From NCBI GenBank assembly GCA_038150265.1, contig JAYOTF010000001.1, positions 3,071-67,070 of the forward strand: 64,000 nt of DNA, written 5' to 3'. The DNA is from Deltaproteobacteria bacterium. GTDB lineage: Bacteria; SAR324; NAC60-12. Position 1 is the first letter of the stretch. The number at the start of each line of letters is the position of its first letter. Positions 1 through 11,215 of this stretch are shown here, piece by piece. The position numbers and the translations under genes were made by a program. Below the pieces are notes generated by a model. It searched no databases. It saw nothing but the letters and a program-made list of their open reading frames with translations, and was not told the DNA's origin.

Positions 1-27
1 CCCTCCGGCTTCCAGCTCCCTGGCCAT

Positions 28-55
28 CGTCATCCCAGCGCAGGCTGGGATCCAG
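28..55. repeat. REP-like short palindrome (CGTC-tagged / dRS3-like)
   Basis: CGTCATCCCAGCGCAGGCTGGGATCCAG: ATCCCAGC/GCTGGGAT stem preceded by CGTC, resembling the CGTCATTCCCGCGNAGGCGGGAATCCA class of intergenic repeats. Only one copy seen in the window. Confidence 0.55.
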
Positions 56-316
56 TCCTTGAACAAACGGATTGCCCGCGATTCATTCAGGTGGCCCTGC
101 GGGTGGCTCTCCCTGGAAACCCTGCCGGAAGATTGGCTGGCGCCAGGCTCCCTCCGGGGCCAACCGCTTCCGGACAGAAGCAACGGATCTCCGAGCTGTC
201 AGGTTTGTCAGGTTCGTCAGAAAACGAAACCTTTGTCAACTTTACCCATTTCCCGATTCACCTTTTTAATTATTAAAAATCAGATAGATGCATAAAAAAT
301 TTAAAAACTTCCACGG

Positions 317-331
317 TGGCAAAAAAGTTGT
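317..331 (+). promoter_or_regulatory. possible sigma54 (-24/-12) promoter for the urt operon
   Basis: TGGCAAAAAAGTTGT = GG-N10-GT, one mismatch at -12 to TGGCAC-N5-TTGC. Preceded by an AT-rich tract and lies upstream of a nitrogen-acquisition operon. Confidence 0.4.
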
Positions 332-426
332 AGCAGGGAGCCATGAGAAGCGTCCTCGTGTTTTTTGTTTGGGGGAGCAAGGCCGAGGACGACTTCTCTT
401 GCTCATGACCCCATATCAAGGATTGT

Positions 427-1728
427 ATGTTGACTCGAAAATCATTTTTCAAACGCACGGGAGGAATGCTCGCTTCCCTCGGATTGGTCCTCTCCGGAGT
501 CGGATTGGCGCAGGCTCAGGAAACCATCAAGGTGGGAGTGCTCCACTCCCTCTCGGGAACCATGGCCATCAGCGAGACGACGCTCAAGGACACGGTGATG
601 ATGCTGGTGGATGAGCAAAACAAGAAGGGCGGTCTGCTGGGCAAGCAGCTGGAAGCAGTGGTCGTGGACCCCGCCTCGAACTGGCCCCTCTTTGCCGAGA
701 AGGCCCGGGAGCTGCTGGAGGTGGATCAGGCTTCCGTTGTCTTCGGGTGCTGGACCTCCGTTTCCCGCAAATCGGTGCTTCCGGTGTTTGAGGAGCTGAA
801 CGGCCTGCTCTTCTATCCGGTTCAGTATGAGGGAGAAGAGTCCTCCAAAAACGTCTTCTACACGGGCGCAGCTCCGAACCAGCAGGCGATCCCGGCTGTG
901 GACTACCTGATGAATGAGCTGGGCGTTGAGCGCTGGGTGCTGGCCGGCACCGACTACGTCTACCCCCGGACCACCAACAAGATCCTGGAGCAGTACCTCA
1001 AGGACAAGGGAGTGGCCGAAGAAGACATCATGATCAACTACACGCCGTTTGGGCACTCCGACTGGCAGACCATCGTTTCACAGATCAAGGAGTTTGGTTC
1101 TGCTGGCAAGAAGACCGGCGTGGTCTCGACCATCAACGGTGATGCCAATGTGCCGTTTTACAAGGAGCTCGGCAACCAGGGCATCAAGGCCGAAGACATC
1201 CCCGTGGTTGCCTTCTCCGTGGGAGAAGAGGAGCTTTCCGGATTTGACACCGAGCCCCTCGTGGGACACCTGGCCGCGTGGAACTACTTCATGAGCGTGG
1301 ACTCGGACGCCAACTACGACTTCATCGATAAGTGGCACGCCTACATTGGGGATGAAAAACGAGTCACCAACGACCCGATGGAAGCGCACTACATTGGCTT
1401 CAACATGTGGGTCAAGGCGGTCGAAAAAGCGGGCACCACCGATGTGGACGCCGTCCGGGAAGCCATGTACGGGCTCACCTTCCCGAACCTGACGGGCGGA
1501 ATCGCCGTCATGAACACCAACCACCACCTCACCAAGCCCGTGCTGATTGGCGAGATCCAGGCAGATGGTCAGTTTGAAACCGTCTGGCAGACTCCGGGTG
1601 GCGTGATTGGAGACGCGTGGTCGAACTACCTTCCGGAGAGCAAGGTGATCGTTGCCGACTGGACCGCCCCCATCTCCTGCGGGAACTACAACCTCAAGTC
1701 GGGCGTGTGTTCCGGACAGAACTACTGA
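427..1728 (+). CDS. urtA: urea ABC transporter substrate-binding protein
   Basis: Signal peptide, then IKVGVLHSLSGTMAISE, VFGCWTSVSRKSVLP, YPVQYEG and GAAPNQQ motifs; first gene of an urtABCDE cluster. Alternative start at 466. Confidence 0.95.
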   Translation: MLTRKSFFKRTGGMLASLGLVLSGVGLAQAQETIKVGVLHSLSGTMAISETTLKDTVMMLVDEQNKKGGLLGKQLEAVVVDPASNWPLFAEKARELLEVDQASVVFGCWTSVSRKSVLPVFEELNGLLFYPVQYEGEESSKNVFYTGAAPNQQAIPAVDYLMNELGVERWVLAGTDYVYPRTTNKILEQYLKDKGVAEEDIMINYTPFGHSDWQTIVSQIKEFGSAGKKTGVVSTINGDANVPFYKELGNQGIKAEDIPVVAFSVGEEELSGFDTEPLVGHLAAWNYFMSVDSDANYDFIDKWHAYIGDEKRVTNDPMEAHYIGFNMWVKAVEKAGTTDVDAVREAMYGLTFPNLTGGIAVMNTNHHLTKPVLIGEIQADGQFETVWQTPGGVIGDAWSNYLPESKVIVADWTAPISCGNYNLKSGVCSGQNY

Positions 1729-1744
1729 CCCTTCCCACACCCTC

Positions 1745-1766
1745 CTCCAGCCTCCGGGTTGGAGGA
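1745..1766 (+). other. stem-loop after urtA (mRNA-stabilising or attenuating hairpin)
   Basis: CCTCCAGCC-TCCG-GGTTGGAGG inverted repeat between the binding-protein and permease genes; no U-tract. Confidence 0.4.
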
Positions 1767-1829
1767 ACCCCCTTACTTCTTCATTTCCCAACGAGACGGT
1801 CCTGATTCGTCTCCCATCCGAGGTTTCTT

Positions 1830-3443
1830 GTGAGGCAGAGAACACCGGTGGGACTCCGAATTGTGCTCAGTCTGTTCCTGATCTGGTGGAGCAGCCTGTC
1901 TGGAGTTTCCGCACAATCCCTGGAAAGCCGGCTCCAAGCGTTGGACGCCCGGAGCTTTTCCGCAAAAGAAGTGGCCATTGGGCAACTGGTCGCCCTGGGA
2001 GACGGCCAGGTCCTCCCAGCCCTGCGCGCCATGCTGGATGGCAAGCTGTACGTTCAGAAGTCCAGCAAACGCATCGTCATTGCTGAAGATGCCGAAGGAC
2101 GCAACTATGCGATCCGCGATGCCCTCAGCGAAGAAGACCTGGGCCTGGCCTCCCGGCGGGAGGTCTCGAAAATCCGCATCAACAACACCCTGAGGACCGT
2201 CCTGCGGGGCGCCATTGCCGAGCTTGGCCTGTTCAGCCCCCGTCCGGAAGTCCGCCAGGCCGCAGCGCTTGAAATGCTCAACCAGCCCTCGGCCGAGACT
2301 CTGGAAATGCTGGAGCGGGTTCAACGCCGCGAGCAGGACCCCGACGTACGGGCCACGCTGGAGCTGGGATGGGCCGCATCGGCGCTGGAGTTTGGCACCC
2401 CTGAACAGCAGCTGGAAGCCGCCAGCATCCTCGGAAGCACCCTGGAGCGCGAAGCCTACGTGTTGCTGCAGCAGCACCGGGACCAGGCTTCCGGAGCCCT
2501 GCAGGTGGCCATTGATGACGCCCTGGAGCGCATTGAGCTGAAGCGCTGGTTCAGCAGCATCGTTGAGCTGGGCTTCTTTGGCCTGAGCCTGGGAGCAGTG
2601 CTGCTGCTGACGGCTGTCGGGTTGGCCATCACCTTTGGTGTGATGGGCGTCATCAACATGGCCCACGGCGAGATGATCATGCTCGGGGCCTACACCACCT
2701 TTGTGATTCAGCAGCTGTTTCCCGATTGGATTGATGGGTCGCTGCTGCTGGCCGTTCCTGCCGCGTTCCTCGTTTCCGGAGGCGTCGGCATCCTGATTGA
2801 GCGAACCGTCATCCGGGCCCTCTATGGACGTCCGCTGGAGACCCTGCTGGCGACCTTTGGCATCAGCCTGGTCCTCCAGCAGGCCGTGCGATCGATCTTT
2901 GGACCGCTGAATCAATCGGTCCTCACCCCCAGCTGGATGCAGGGCACCTGGAAGCTCAATGGCGTCCTCGAGTTCACCTTCAACCGCATGGCGATCATCC
3001 TGCTCGTGCCGCTGCTGCTGGCCGGGCTGATGCTCCTGCTCAAGCGCAGCTCGTTTGGGCTGCAGATGCGTGCCGTGACCCAAAACCGTTCCATGGCCGC
3101 CAGCATGGGCATCCGGACCGACTGGGTGGATGCCCTGACCTTTGGGCTGGGTTCCGGAATTGCCGGAGTCGCCGGAGTGGCCATCAGTCAGCTCACCAAC
3201 GTCGGCCCCAACCTGGGGCAGTCGTACATCATCGACTCGTTCATGGTGGTGGTGTTTGGTGGCGTGGGGAACCTCTGGGGCACCCTCGTGGGCGCCCTCA
3301 CCCTGGGTGTGGTCAACAAGCTCCTTGAGCCCCTTTCCGGAGCCGTGATGGCCAAGATCCTGGTGCTGGTCTTCATCATCCTGTTCATTCAGAAACGACC
3401 GCGCGGCCTGTTCGCGCTCAAGGGACGATTCGTGGAGGCCTGA
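1830..3443 (+). CDS. urtB: urea ABC transporter permease with N-terminal periplasmic helical extension
   Basis: GLAITFGVMGVINMAHGEMIMLGAY, RPLETLLATFG and SFMVVVFGGVGNLWG motifs; long N-terminal extension typical of proteobacterial UrtB. Confidence 0.93.
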   Translation: MRQRTPVGLRIVLSLFLIWWSSLSGVSAQSLESRLQALDARSFSAKEVAIGQLVALGDGQVLPALRAMLDGKLYVQKSSKRIVIAEDAEGRNYAIRDALSEEDLGLASRREVSKIRINNTLRTVLRGAIAELGLFSPRPEVRQAAALEMLNQPSAETLEMLERVQRREQDPDVRATLELGWAASALEFGTPEQQLEAASILGSTLEREAYVLLQQHRDQASGALQVAIDDALERIELKRWFSSIVELGFFGLSLGAVLLLTAVGLAITFGVMGVINMAHGEMIMLGAYTTFVIQQLFPDWIDGSLLLAVPAAFLVSGGVGILIERTVIRALYGRPLETLLATFGISLVLQQAVRSIFGPLNQSVLTPSWMQGTWKLNGVLEFTFNRMAIILLVPLLLAGLMLLLKRSSFGLQMRAVTQNRSMAASMGIRTDWVDALTFGLGSGIAGVAGVAISQLTNVGPNLGQSYIIDSFMVVVFGGVGNLWGTLVGALTLGVVNKLLEPLSGAVMAKILVLVFIILFIQKRPRGLFALKGRFVEA

Positions 3444-4615
3444 TGCAACAAAAACGGACTCACCCACCCGAGAGCCTGATGGGGCGTCTCACTCGGGGCA
3501 CCGGCGTGCCCTTCCTGACCGTGCTGGCTGTGGTCACCTTTCTGGTGCCGTTGCTCAACCAGACGGTTCCGCCAGACTCGCTGCTGTACCTCCCCACCTA
3601 TGCCGTCAGCCTGCTGGGGAAGTACCTCTGCTATGCACTGCTTGCCGTGGCGCTGGACCTCGTTTGGGGGTACTGCGGCATCCTCAGCCTGGGGCATGGA
3701 GCCTTCTTTGCCCTCGGAGGCTACGCGATGGGCATGCACCTCATGCGCGAAATCGGTGACCGAGGCGTGTATGGGAACCCCCTGCTTCCGGACTTCATGG
3801 TCTTCCTTAACTGGAAGGAATTGCCCTGGTACTGGTATGGCTTCGACTCCTTTCCCTTTGCGTTGTTGATGACCCTTCTGGTGCCGGGGCTCCTGGCCTT
3901 CGCCTTTGGCTGGCTGGCCTTCCGCTCGCGGGTCACTGGCGTCTACCTCTCCATCATCACACAGGCCATGACCTATGCGCTGATGCTGGCCTTCTTCCGC
4001 AACGACATGGGCTTCGGAGGCAACAACGGCCTGACCGACTTCAAGGACGTGCTGGGCTTCAGCCTGCAGTCTGACGCCACCCGCAACGTCCTCTTTGTGC
4101 TCTCCGCCCTGGCCCTTGCTGGCGGAGTGCTGCTGAGCCGCTTCCTGGTCACGTCCAAACTGGGACGGGTCCTCGTGGGCATCCGGGACGCAGAAAGCCG
4201 GGTCCGCTTCCTCGGCTACCGGGTGGAGCACTACAAGCTGTTTGTCTTTGTGGTCTCGGCCATGCTGGCCGGACTCGCCGGAGCGCTCTACGTCCCGCAA
4301 ATCGGCATCATCAATCCCGGAGAGTTCTCTCCCATCAACTCGATTGAGATCGTCATCTGGGTCGCACTCGGAGGACGCGGCACGCTGTATGGCGCAGCGC
4401 TTGGAGCCTTGCTGGTCAACCTCGCCAAGACCTGGCTCACGGGTGCGGCTCCGGAGGCATGGCTGTTTGTGCTCGGAGGCCTGTTTGTGGGCACCACCCT
4501 CTTCTTCCCCCGGGGAGTGCTGGGCTGGTTTGCCGAAGCCCCCTGGCGTCGCTGGTTCTCGCGGTCGAGCCTCCCTTCCCGCTCAACGGCTTCGGAGAAA
4601 GGGGGCTCATGGTAA
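3443..4615 (+). CDS. urtC: urea ABC transporter permease
   Basis: LDLVWGYCGILSLGHGAFFALGGY, GVYLSIITQA and GGNNGLTDF motifs; TGATG overlap with urtB. Confidence 0.93.
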   Translation: MQQKRTHPPESLMGRLTRGTGVPFLTVLAVVTFLVPLLNQTVPPDSLLYLPTYAVSLLGKYLCYALLAVALDLVWGYCGILSLGHGAFFALGGYAMGMHLMREIGDRGVYGNPLLPDFMVFLNWKELPWYWYGFDSFPFALLMTLLVPGLLAFAFGWLAFRSRVTGVYLSIITQAMTYALMLAFFRNDMGFGGNNGLTDFKDVLGFSLQSDATRNVLFVLSALALAGGVLLSRFLVTSKLGRVLVGIRDAESRVRFLGYRVEHYKLFVFVVSAMLAGLAGALYVPQIGIINPGEFSPINSIEIVIWVALGGRGTLYGAALGALLVNLAKTWLTGAAPEAWLFVLGGLFVGTTLFFPRGVLGWFAEAPWRRWFSRSSLPSRSTASEKGGSW

Positions 4616-5370
4616 CGCTCAAGGAAGACCACACGCCCAACACCATCCTCTACCTCGACGGCGTCAGCGTCAGCTTTGACGGCTTCAAGGCCCTCAACAA
4701 CCTTTCGCTGTACGTTGAGCCCGGGGAGCTGCGGGCCATCATTGGCCCCAACGGCGCTGGCAAGACCACCATGATGGACGTCATTACCGGCAAACTCCGG
4801 CCAGACACCGGCGAAGTCTTCTTCCAGAACCTCAACCTCCTGGAGCTGGATGAGGCCGAGATTGCCAACCTTGGCATTGGGCGGAAGTTCCAGAAGCCAA
4901 CCGTGTTTGAAAGCCTGAGCGTGCTGGACAACCTGGAGCTGGCCCTGAAGATGGACCGAAGCCCATGGGCGGTGCTCCTTCAGCACCGGAGCCCAGAGGT
5001 TCAGGAGCGCATGGACGCCGTGCTGGAACAGATCGGACTCCAGCACCGGCGGCAGGAACTCGCCGGAGCCCTCTCGCATGGCCAGAAGCAGTGGCTGGAG
5101 ATCGGCATGCTGATGATGCAGGACCTGGAGCTGCTGCTCGTCGATGAACCCGTCGCCGGCATGACAGACGCGGAAACCGAACAGACCGCCGCCTTGCTGC
5201 AGCAGGTGTCCGGCGAACGCTCCGTGATTGTGGTGGAACACGACATGGAGTTTGTCCGCTCCCTCGGCGGACGCGTGACCGTGCTGCATGAAGGCTCGGT
5301 GCTCGCAGAAGGCTCTCATGCCGACGTCAGCTCCAATGAGCAGGTCGTCGAAGTTTACCTGGGGAGATAA
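4609..5370 (+). CDS. urtD: urea ABC transporter ATP-binding protein
   Basis: Walker A GPNGAGKTT, GIGRKFQKPTVF, LSHGQKQWLEIGM, LLVDEP. Start moved to ATG 4609, which overlaps the urtC end. Confidence 0.93.
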   Translation: MVTLKEDHTPNTILYLDGVSVSFDGFKALNNLSLYVEPGELRAIIGPNGAGKTTMMDVITGKLRPDTGEVFFQNLNLLELDEAEIANLGIGRKFQKPTVFESLSVLDNLELALKMDRSPWAVLLQHRSPEVQERMDAVLEQIGLQHRRQELAGALSHGQKQWLEIGMLMMQDLELLLVDEPVAGMTDAETEQTAALLQQVSGERSVIVVEHDMEFVRSLGGRVTVLHEGSVLAEGSHADVSSNEQVVEVYLGR

Positions 5371-5373
5371 ACG

Positions 5374-6063
5374 ATGTTGGAAATCAAACAGGTGACCCTG
5401 CACTACGGCGCCAGCCAGGCCCTCCGGGGCGTGGACCTCACCGCTGAAAAGGGACGCGTCACGGCTCTGCTTGGACGCAACGGAGTGGGCAAGACCTCGC
5501 TGCTGCGGGCCATTGTCGGACAGCAGCCCATCAGCGGCGGACAGATCGTCTGGGAGTCGCAGGACCTCGCAGGGAAGCCCACCTTCCGGCGAGCTCGGTC
5601 CGGAATCGCCTACGTGCCTCAGGGCCGGGAGATCTTCCCCCAACTGACCGTGGAAGAGAACCTGCGGTCTGGACTCGGGTGGCAGGCCCAGGGCACCATT
5701 CCGGAACACCTCTATGAGCTGTTCCCGGTGCTCAAGAGCATGCTGCACCGCAAGGGAGGAGACCTCTCCGGAGGACAGCAGCAGCAGCTTGCCATCGCGC
5801 GGGCCCTCACGCTGCAGCCACGCCTGCTCGTGCTCGATGAGCCCACTGAAGGCATCCAGCCCTCCATCATCAAGGACATTGCCGCAGTCATCCGGAAGCT
5901 TCGAGACACAGGCTCCATGGCCATCTTGCTGGTGGAGCAGTACTTTGAATTTGCCCATGAACTGGCAGACGACCTGGCCGTGATGGATCGCGGACAGGTG
6001 GTGCTTTCCGGGAAACGTGAGGCGCTGCAGGAAGCCGAAGTCCGGCGGTTCCTGACAGTCTGA
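5374..6063 (+). CDS. urtE: urea ABC transporter ATP-binding protein
   Basis: GRNGVGKT, YVPQGREIF, LSGGQQQQLAIARAL, LDEPTEGIQPSII. Confidence 0.93.
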   Translation: MLEIKQVTLHYGASQALRGVDLTAEKGRVTALLGRNGVGKTSLLRAIVGQQPISGGQIVWESQDLAGKPTFRRARSGIAYVPQGREIFPQLTVEENLRSGLGWQAQGTIPEHLYELFPVLKSMLHRKGGDLSGGQQQQLAIARALTLQPRLLVLDEPTEGIQPSIIKDIAAVIRKLRDTGSMAILLVEQYFEFAHELADDLAVMDRGQVVLSGKREALQEAEVRRFLTV

Positions 6064-6154
6064 GCCGGCCCCTGAGTCGACGCTTCAACCGCTTCTTTCT
6101 GCCTCCAAGTGGGAGAAGCGTCGGCTCTCTCTCGCCCTCCGGAAAATCCCTGCT

Positions 6155-6184
6155 GACTCTTTCCAGAAGAGAGTCTGGTTTTTT
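6155..6184 (+). terminator. putative intrinsic terminator after urtE
   Basis: GACTCTTT-loop-AGAGAGTC hairpin followed by TGGTTTTTT; a larger hairpin lies at 6074-6127. Confidence 0.4.
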
Positions 6185-6386
6185 GCCTATTTTCTTTGCG
6201 TTTGGTTAGGGAATGATGTTAATTTAGGCAACGTTTTCGCTGACTTGCGGAGGCGAAGGCACCCGTTTTTTTGATTTCCCCCTCACTTCTCAGCCGATTA
6301 GCTCCCTTTCCAAAAGACTGGTCTGGCCGTTGCAGCATGGCTGGGTTTCAGAGAGGACGGATTCCCTTTCATTTTTGTGACTCCCA

Positions 6387-7289
6387 ATGATCCCTATCAT
6401 CGACTTCGCTGACCCACCCGAGACCGTCGCTCGCCAGGCCTATGAGGCGTACACTGGCATCGGTTTTCTTTACGCCGCCAACCTGCTGAATGATGCAGAA
6501 GGCCTGGAGCGCACCTTTGCCGAGGCTCGCAACTTCTTTGCCCTCCCCATGGAGGACAAGCAAGCGTGTGGCTGGACCAGCGAAGCCAGCAATCGCGGCT
6601 ACACCGCCGTTGAGCAGGAAAACCTCGACCCCACGGCCATCGGCGACATCAAGGAAGCCTACAACATGGGACGTGAGGGCGATGAGCGCTACCCGAATCC
6701 CTGGCCTGAGGCGCTGCCAGCCTTCCGGGAAGCCATGACGCACTTCCACGAGCGGTGCCTGCAGATGAGTGTCACCGTGCTGGCCGCCTTTGAACGGGCG
6801 CTGAGCCTGCCGGAAGGGTACCTGCAGGAGCGGCACACCGTCGGCGATTCCAGCATCCTCCGGGTGCTCCACTATCCGGCAATTCCGAACCTCGACCAGG
6901 TCAAGCCCGGACAGCTTCGGGGCGGTGCCCACACCGACTACGGAACCATTACCCTGCTGATGCAAGACGACGTCGGCGGCCTGGAGGTTCAGGGACGCGA
7001 TCAGCAATGGGTCGCCGCTCCTTCGATTCCGGGAACCATTCTGATCAATAGTGGCGACCTGCTGGCTCGCTGGACCAATGATGTCTTCTGCTCCACCCCT
7101 CACCGGGTGGTTCTGCCCCAAACCGAGGAGCAGAACCGCTCCCGACAGTCCCTGGCATTCTTTTGCCACCCGAACTTCGATGCGCAGGTGAGCTGCATTG
7201 AATCCTGTACTGGCCCGGATCACCCGGCTCAGTATCCCCCGATCGGAGCTGGAGAGTACCTGCTCTGGCGCCTCAGTCAATCTTACTGA
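6387..7289 (+). CDS. 2-oxoglutarate/Fe(II)-dependent oxygenase, isopenicillin-N-synthase-like family
   Basis: IPIIDF start, GFLY, NRGY, LRVLHYP, HTDYG (HxD), STPHRV (distal His) and RQS (2OG-binding RxS). Confidence 0.9.
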   Translation: MIPIIDFADPPETVARQAYEAYTGIGFLYAANLLNDAEGLERTFAEARNFFALPMEDKQACGWTSEASNRGYTAVEQENLDPTAIGDIKEAYNMGREGDERYPNPWPEALPAFREAMTHFHERCLQMSVTVLAAFERALSLPEGYLQERHTVGDSSILRVLHYPAIPNLDQVKPGQLRGGAHTDYGTITLLMQDDVGGLEVQGRDQQWVAAPSIPGTILINSGDLLARWTNDVFCSTPHRVVLPQTEEQNRSRQSLAFFCHPNFDAQVSCIESCTGPDHPAQYPPIGAGEYLLWRLSQSY

Positions 7290-7304
7290 ATCAGGAGTTC
7301 CCGA

Positions 7305-8348
7305 ATGAAAAAGCTCTTTCTCACCCTCCTCAGCACGGCTCTCCTCCTGGGAAGCCACGCGCTGGCCAAGCCCTCTGTCGGCTTTGTTTACGTTGGACCC
7401 ATTGGAGACGGCGGCTGGACGCAGGCGCATGACAAGGGACGCCGGCACCTGGAAAGCATGGGCTACAAGACCCAGTACGTTGAGTCGGTCCCGGAGTCTG
7501 ATTCAGAGAAGGTGATCCGCCGCCTGGCACAACGCAACGACATGGTCATCACCACGTCCTTCGGCTTCATGGACCCCACCGAGCGCGTTGCCAACATGAT
7601 GTCCGACAAGAAGTTCCTGCACATCTCCGGGTTCAAGATGAACGACACGAACTTCGGAAATGCCACCTGCCGGCAGTATCAGCCACGCTACCTCGCTGGC
7701 ATTGCAGCAGGCCTGCTGACCAAGAACAACAAGATCGGCTTCGTCGGCTCCTACCCGATTCCGGAAGTCCTCGCTGGCATCAACTCCATGGTCATGGGCG
7801 CCCGCTCCGTCAATCCGGATGTGCAGGCGGAGATCGTCTGGATCAACTCCTGGTTTGATCCGCCCAAGGACCTGGAAGCCGCCAAGGCCCTCGCCAGCAG
7901 CAACAACGACGTCCTCTTCACCACCACGGACTCGCCTTCCGTGATCCAGGTGGCCCAGGAACGCGGACTCTGGGCCGTCGGCAACGACCAGGACATGAGC
8001 GAATACGGCAAGGATGCCCAGATCACCGCGGCCATCTTCGACTGGGCACCGATGTATGAGTACCACCTCACCCGCCTCGAAGCCGGCACCTGGAAGCCTG
8101 AATCCCAGTTCTGGGGCATTGAGACCGGATGTGTGGAGCTCGCTCCGTGGGGTCCCAAGGTGCCTCAGTCCGTCCGCGACCAGGTGGAAGCCGTCAAGGC
8201 CCGCATGGTGGCCAAGGAATTTGACGTCTTTGATGGCGGCGTCACCAAGCAGGACGGCACCAAGGTTCCGGGCCCGTTGCCCCTGGACCAGATCCTGTCC
8301 ATGAACTACTTTGTGGAAGGCATCACTTCGCCGTTCCCGAACAACTAA
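7305..8348 (+). CDS. BMP-family ABC transporter substrate-binding protein (purine/nucleoside type)
   Basis: Signal peptide; VGFVYVGPIGDGGWTQAH, TTSFGFMD, YLAGIAAG, PIPEV and WINSWFDP motifs. Confidence 0.88.
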   Translation: MKKLFLTLLSTALLLGSHALAKPSVGFVYVGPIGDGGWTQAHDKGRRHLESMGYKTQYVESVPESDSEKVIRRLAQRNDMVITTSFGFMDPTERVANMMSDKKFLHISGFKMNDTNFGNATCRQYQPRYLAGIAAGLLTKNNKIGFVGSYPIPEVLAGINSMVMGARSVNPDVQAEIVWINSWFDPPKDLEAAKALASSNNDVLFTTTDSPSVIQVAQERGLWAVGNDQDMSEYGKDAQITAAIFDWAPMYEYHLTRLEAGTWKPESQFWGIETGCVELAPWGPKVPQSVRDQVEAVKARMVAKEFDVFDGGVTKQDGTKVPGPLPLDQILSMNYFVEGITSPFPNN

Positions 8349-8369
8349 TTCTTACTGCTCCGAGTTCCC

Positions 8370-8672
8370 ATGCACCTGACTCCACGTGAAATGGAAAAGC
8401 TGATGGTCTTCACGGCCGGCGAACTGGCGCGCAAGCGCAAGGACCGCGGCCTGAAGCTCAACCACCCTGAAGCCGTCGCCTACATCACCTCCGCGTTGCT
8501 GGAGGAGATCCGCAACGGCAAGACGGTGGTGGAAGTCATGGAGCTCGGACGGCACCTCCTCTCCCGAGAGGAGGTCATGGAAGGAGTTCCGGAGATGATT
8601 CCGGAAATTCAGGTCGAAGGCACCTTCCCGGACGGCACCAAGCTGGTCACCGTCCATAACCCCATTCCCTAA
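8370..8672 (+). CDS. ureA: urease gamma subunit
   Basis: [38 protein letters not shown]. Confidence 0.97.
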   Translation: MHLTPREMEKLMVFTAGELARKRKDRGLKLNHPEAVAYITSALLEEIRNGKTVVEVMELGRHLLSREEVMEGVPEMIPEIQVEGTFPDGTKLVTVHNPIP

Positions 8673-8681
8673 AAGCCCCCT

Positions 8682-9041
8682 ATGGTTCCGGGAGAATACC
8701 GCATTCAGTCCACCCCCATCGACGCCAACCCGGGCCGCGCCACGATCCGGATGGTGGTTCACAACACCGGCGACCGCCCCATTCAGGTCGGCTCCCACTT
8801 TCACTTCTTTGAAGCCAACCGCTGGCTCCAGTTTGAGCGTGAAGCCGCCTATGGCATGCGCCTGAACCTGGCAGCGGGGACCGCTGTCCGCTTTGAGCCC
8901 GGAGACTCCAAGGAAGTGGAACTGGTCGCCCTCGCGGGAAACCGCCGGGTGTTCGGCTTCAACGGCCTCGTCAATGGAGACCTCGATCACCCGGATGTGA
9001 AGCAACGTGCCCTTGAGGCCGTCCGCGAATTTGCCAAATAA
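8682..9041 (+). CDS. ureB: urease beta subunit
   Basis: [28 protein letters not shown]. Confidence 0.97.
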   Translation: MVPGEYRIQSTPIDANPGRATIRMVVHNTGDRPIQVGSHFHFFEANRWLQFEREAAYGMRLNLAAGTAVRFEPGDSKEVELVALAGNRRVFGFNGLVNGDLDHPDVKQRALEAVREFAK

Positions 9042-9050
9042 GGAGCCTCC

Positions 9051-10754
<1,704 letters not shown>

Positions 10755-10756
10755 AA

Positions 10757-11215
10757 ATGGATATTGTGGTTCAAGTCCACCCGTGGGAAGAGCTCCGGGC
10801 CCTGCACCCAGACCTTCCCACCCAAACCCTGACGCTTCCCTGGGAAGAGCGGTGCCGCAGCCACGGCAAACACACCACGGACCAGGGCCTGCGCTTTGGG
10901 CTCTCGCTGGAGTCCGGAAGTGCCCTGACCGCTGGAACCGGCTTTCTGCTTCCCCAGTCCCCCCACCTGGTGGAGGTCCGAGAGGCTCCGGAAGCGCTGT
11001 ACCACATTCCGCCGGAGTCGCAGCACGACTGGGCGTACCTCGCCTACCAGATCGGCAACCGGCACCTGGCCCTGATGATTCAGCCTGACGGACTGTTTTG
11101 CCTGGCCGAGCCGGCGTCACGCCTGCTGCTGGAACAGCTCCAGGTCCCCTTCTCTGAAGTCTCCGCTCCCTTTACGCCTGCGTTGAAGTTCAGTGGCCAC
11201 ACCCACTCCCATTGA
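10757..11215 (+). CDS. ureE: urease accessory Ni chaperone
   Basis: LAYQIGNRHL motif, C-terminal GHTHSH, directly after ureC. Alternative TTG start at 10751. Confidence 0.85.
   Translation: MDIVVQVHPWEELRALHPDLPTQTLTLPWEERCRSHGKHTTDQGLRFGLSLESGSALTAGTGFLLPQSPHLVEVREAPEALYHIPPESQHDWAYLAYQIGNRHLALMIQPDGLFCLAEPASRLLLEQLQVPFSEVSAPFTPALKFSGHTHSH

Noticed and set aside
59..614. Short ORFs upstream of urtA
   Set aside because: They run through AT-rich promoter sequence, have no motifs and conflict with each other.
1773..5958. Long minus-strand ORFs (564, 303 and 556 aa) over the urt genes
   Set aside because: Shadows of well-supported plus-strand genes. The same applies to 35257-36924, 41297-42649 and 48371-50020.
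6109..6153. Resemblance to a xanthine (NMT1) riboswitch (AGAAGCG...CCGGAAA) upstream of the oxygenase/BMP genes
   Set aside because: The match is loose, the AGAAGCG segment is better explained as the 3' arm of the 6074-6127 hairpin, and it lies upstream of the likely promoter. An Rfam search would settle it.
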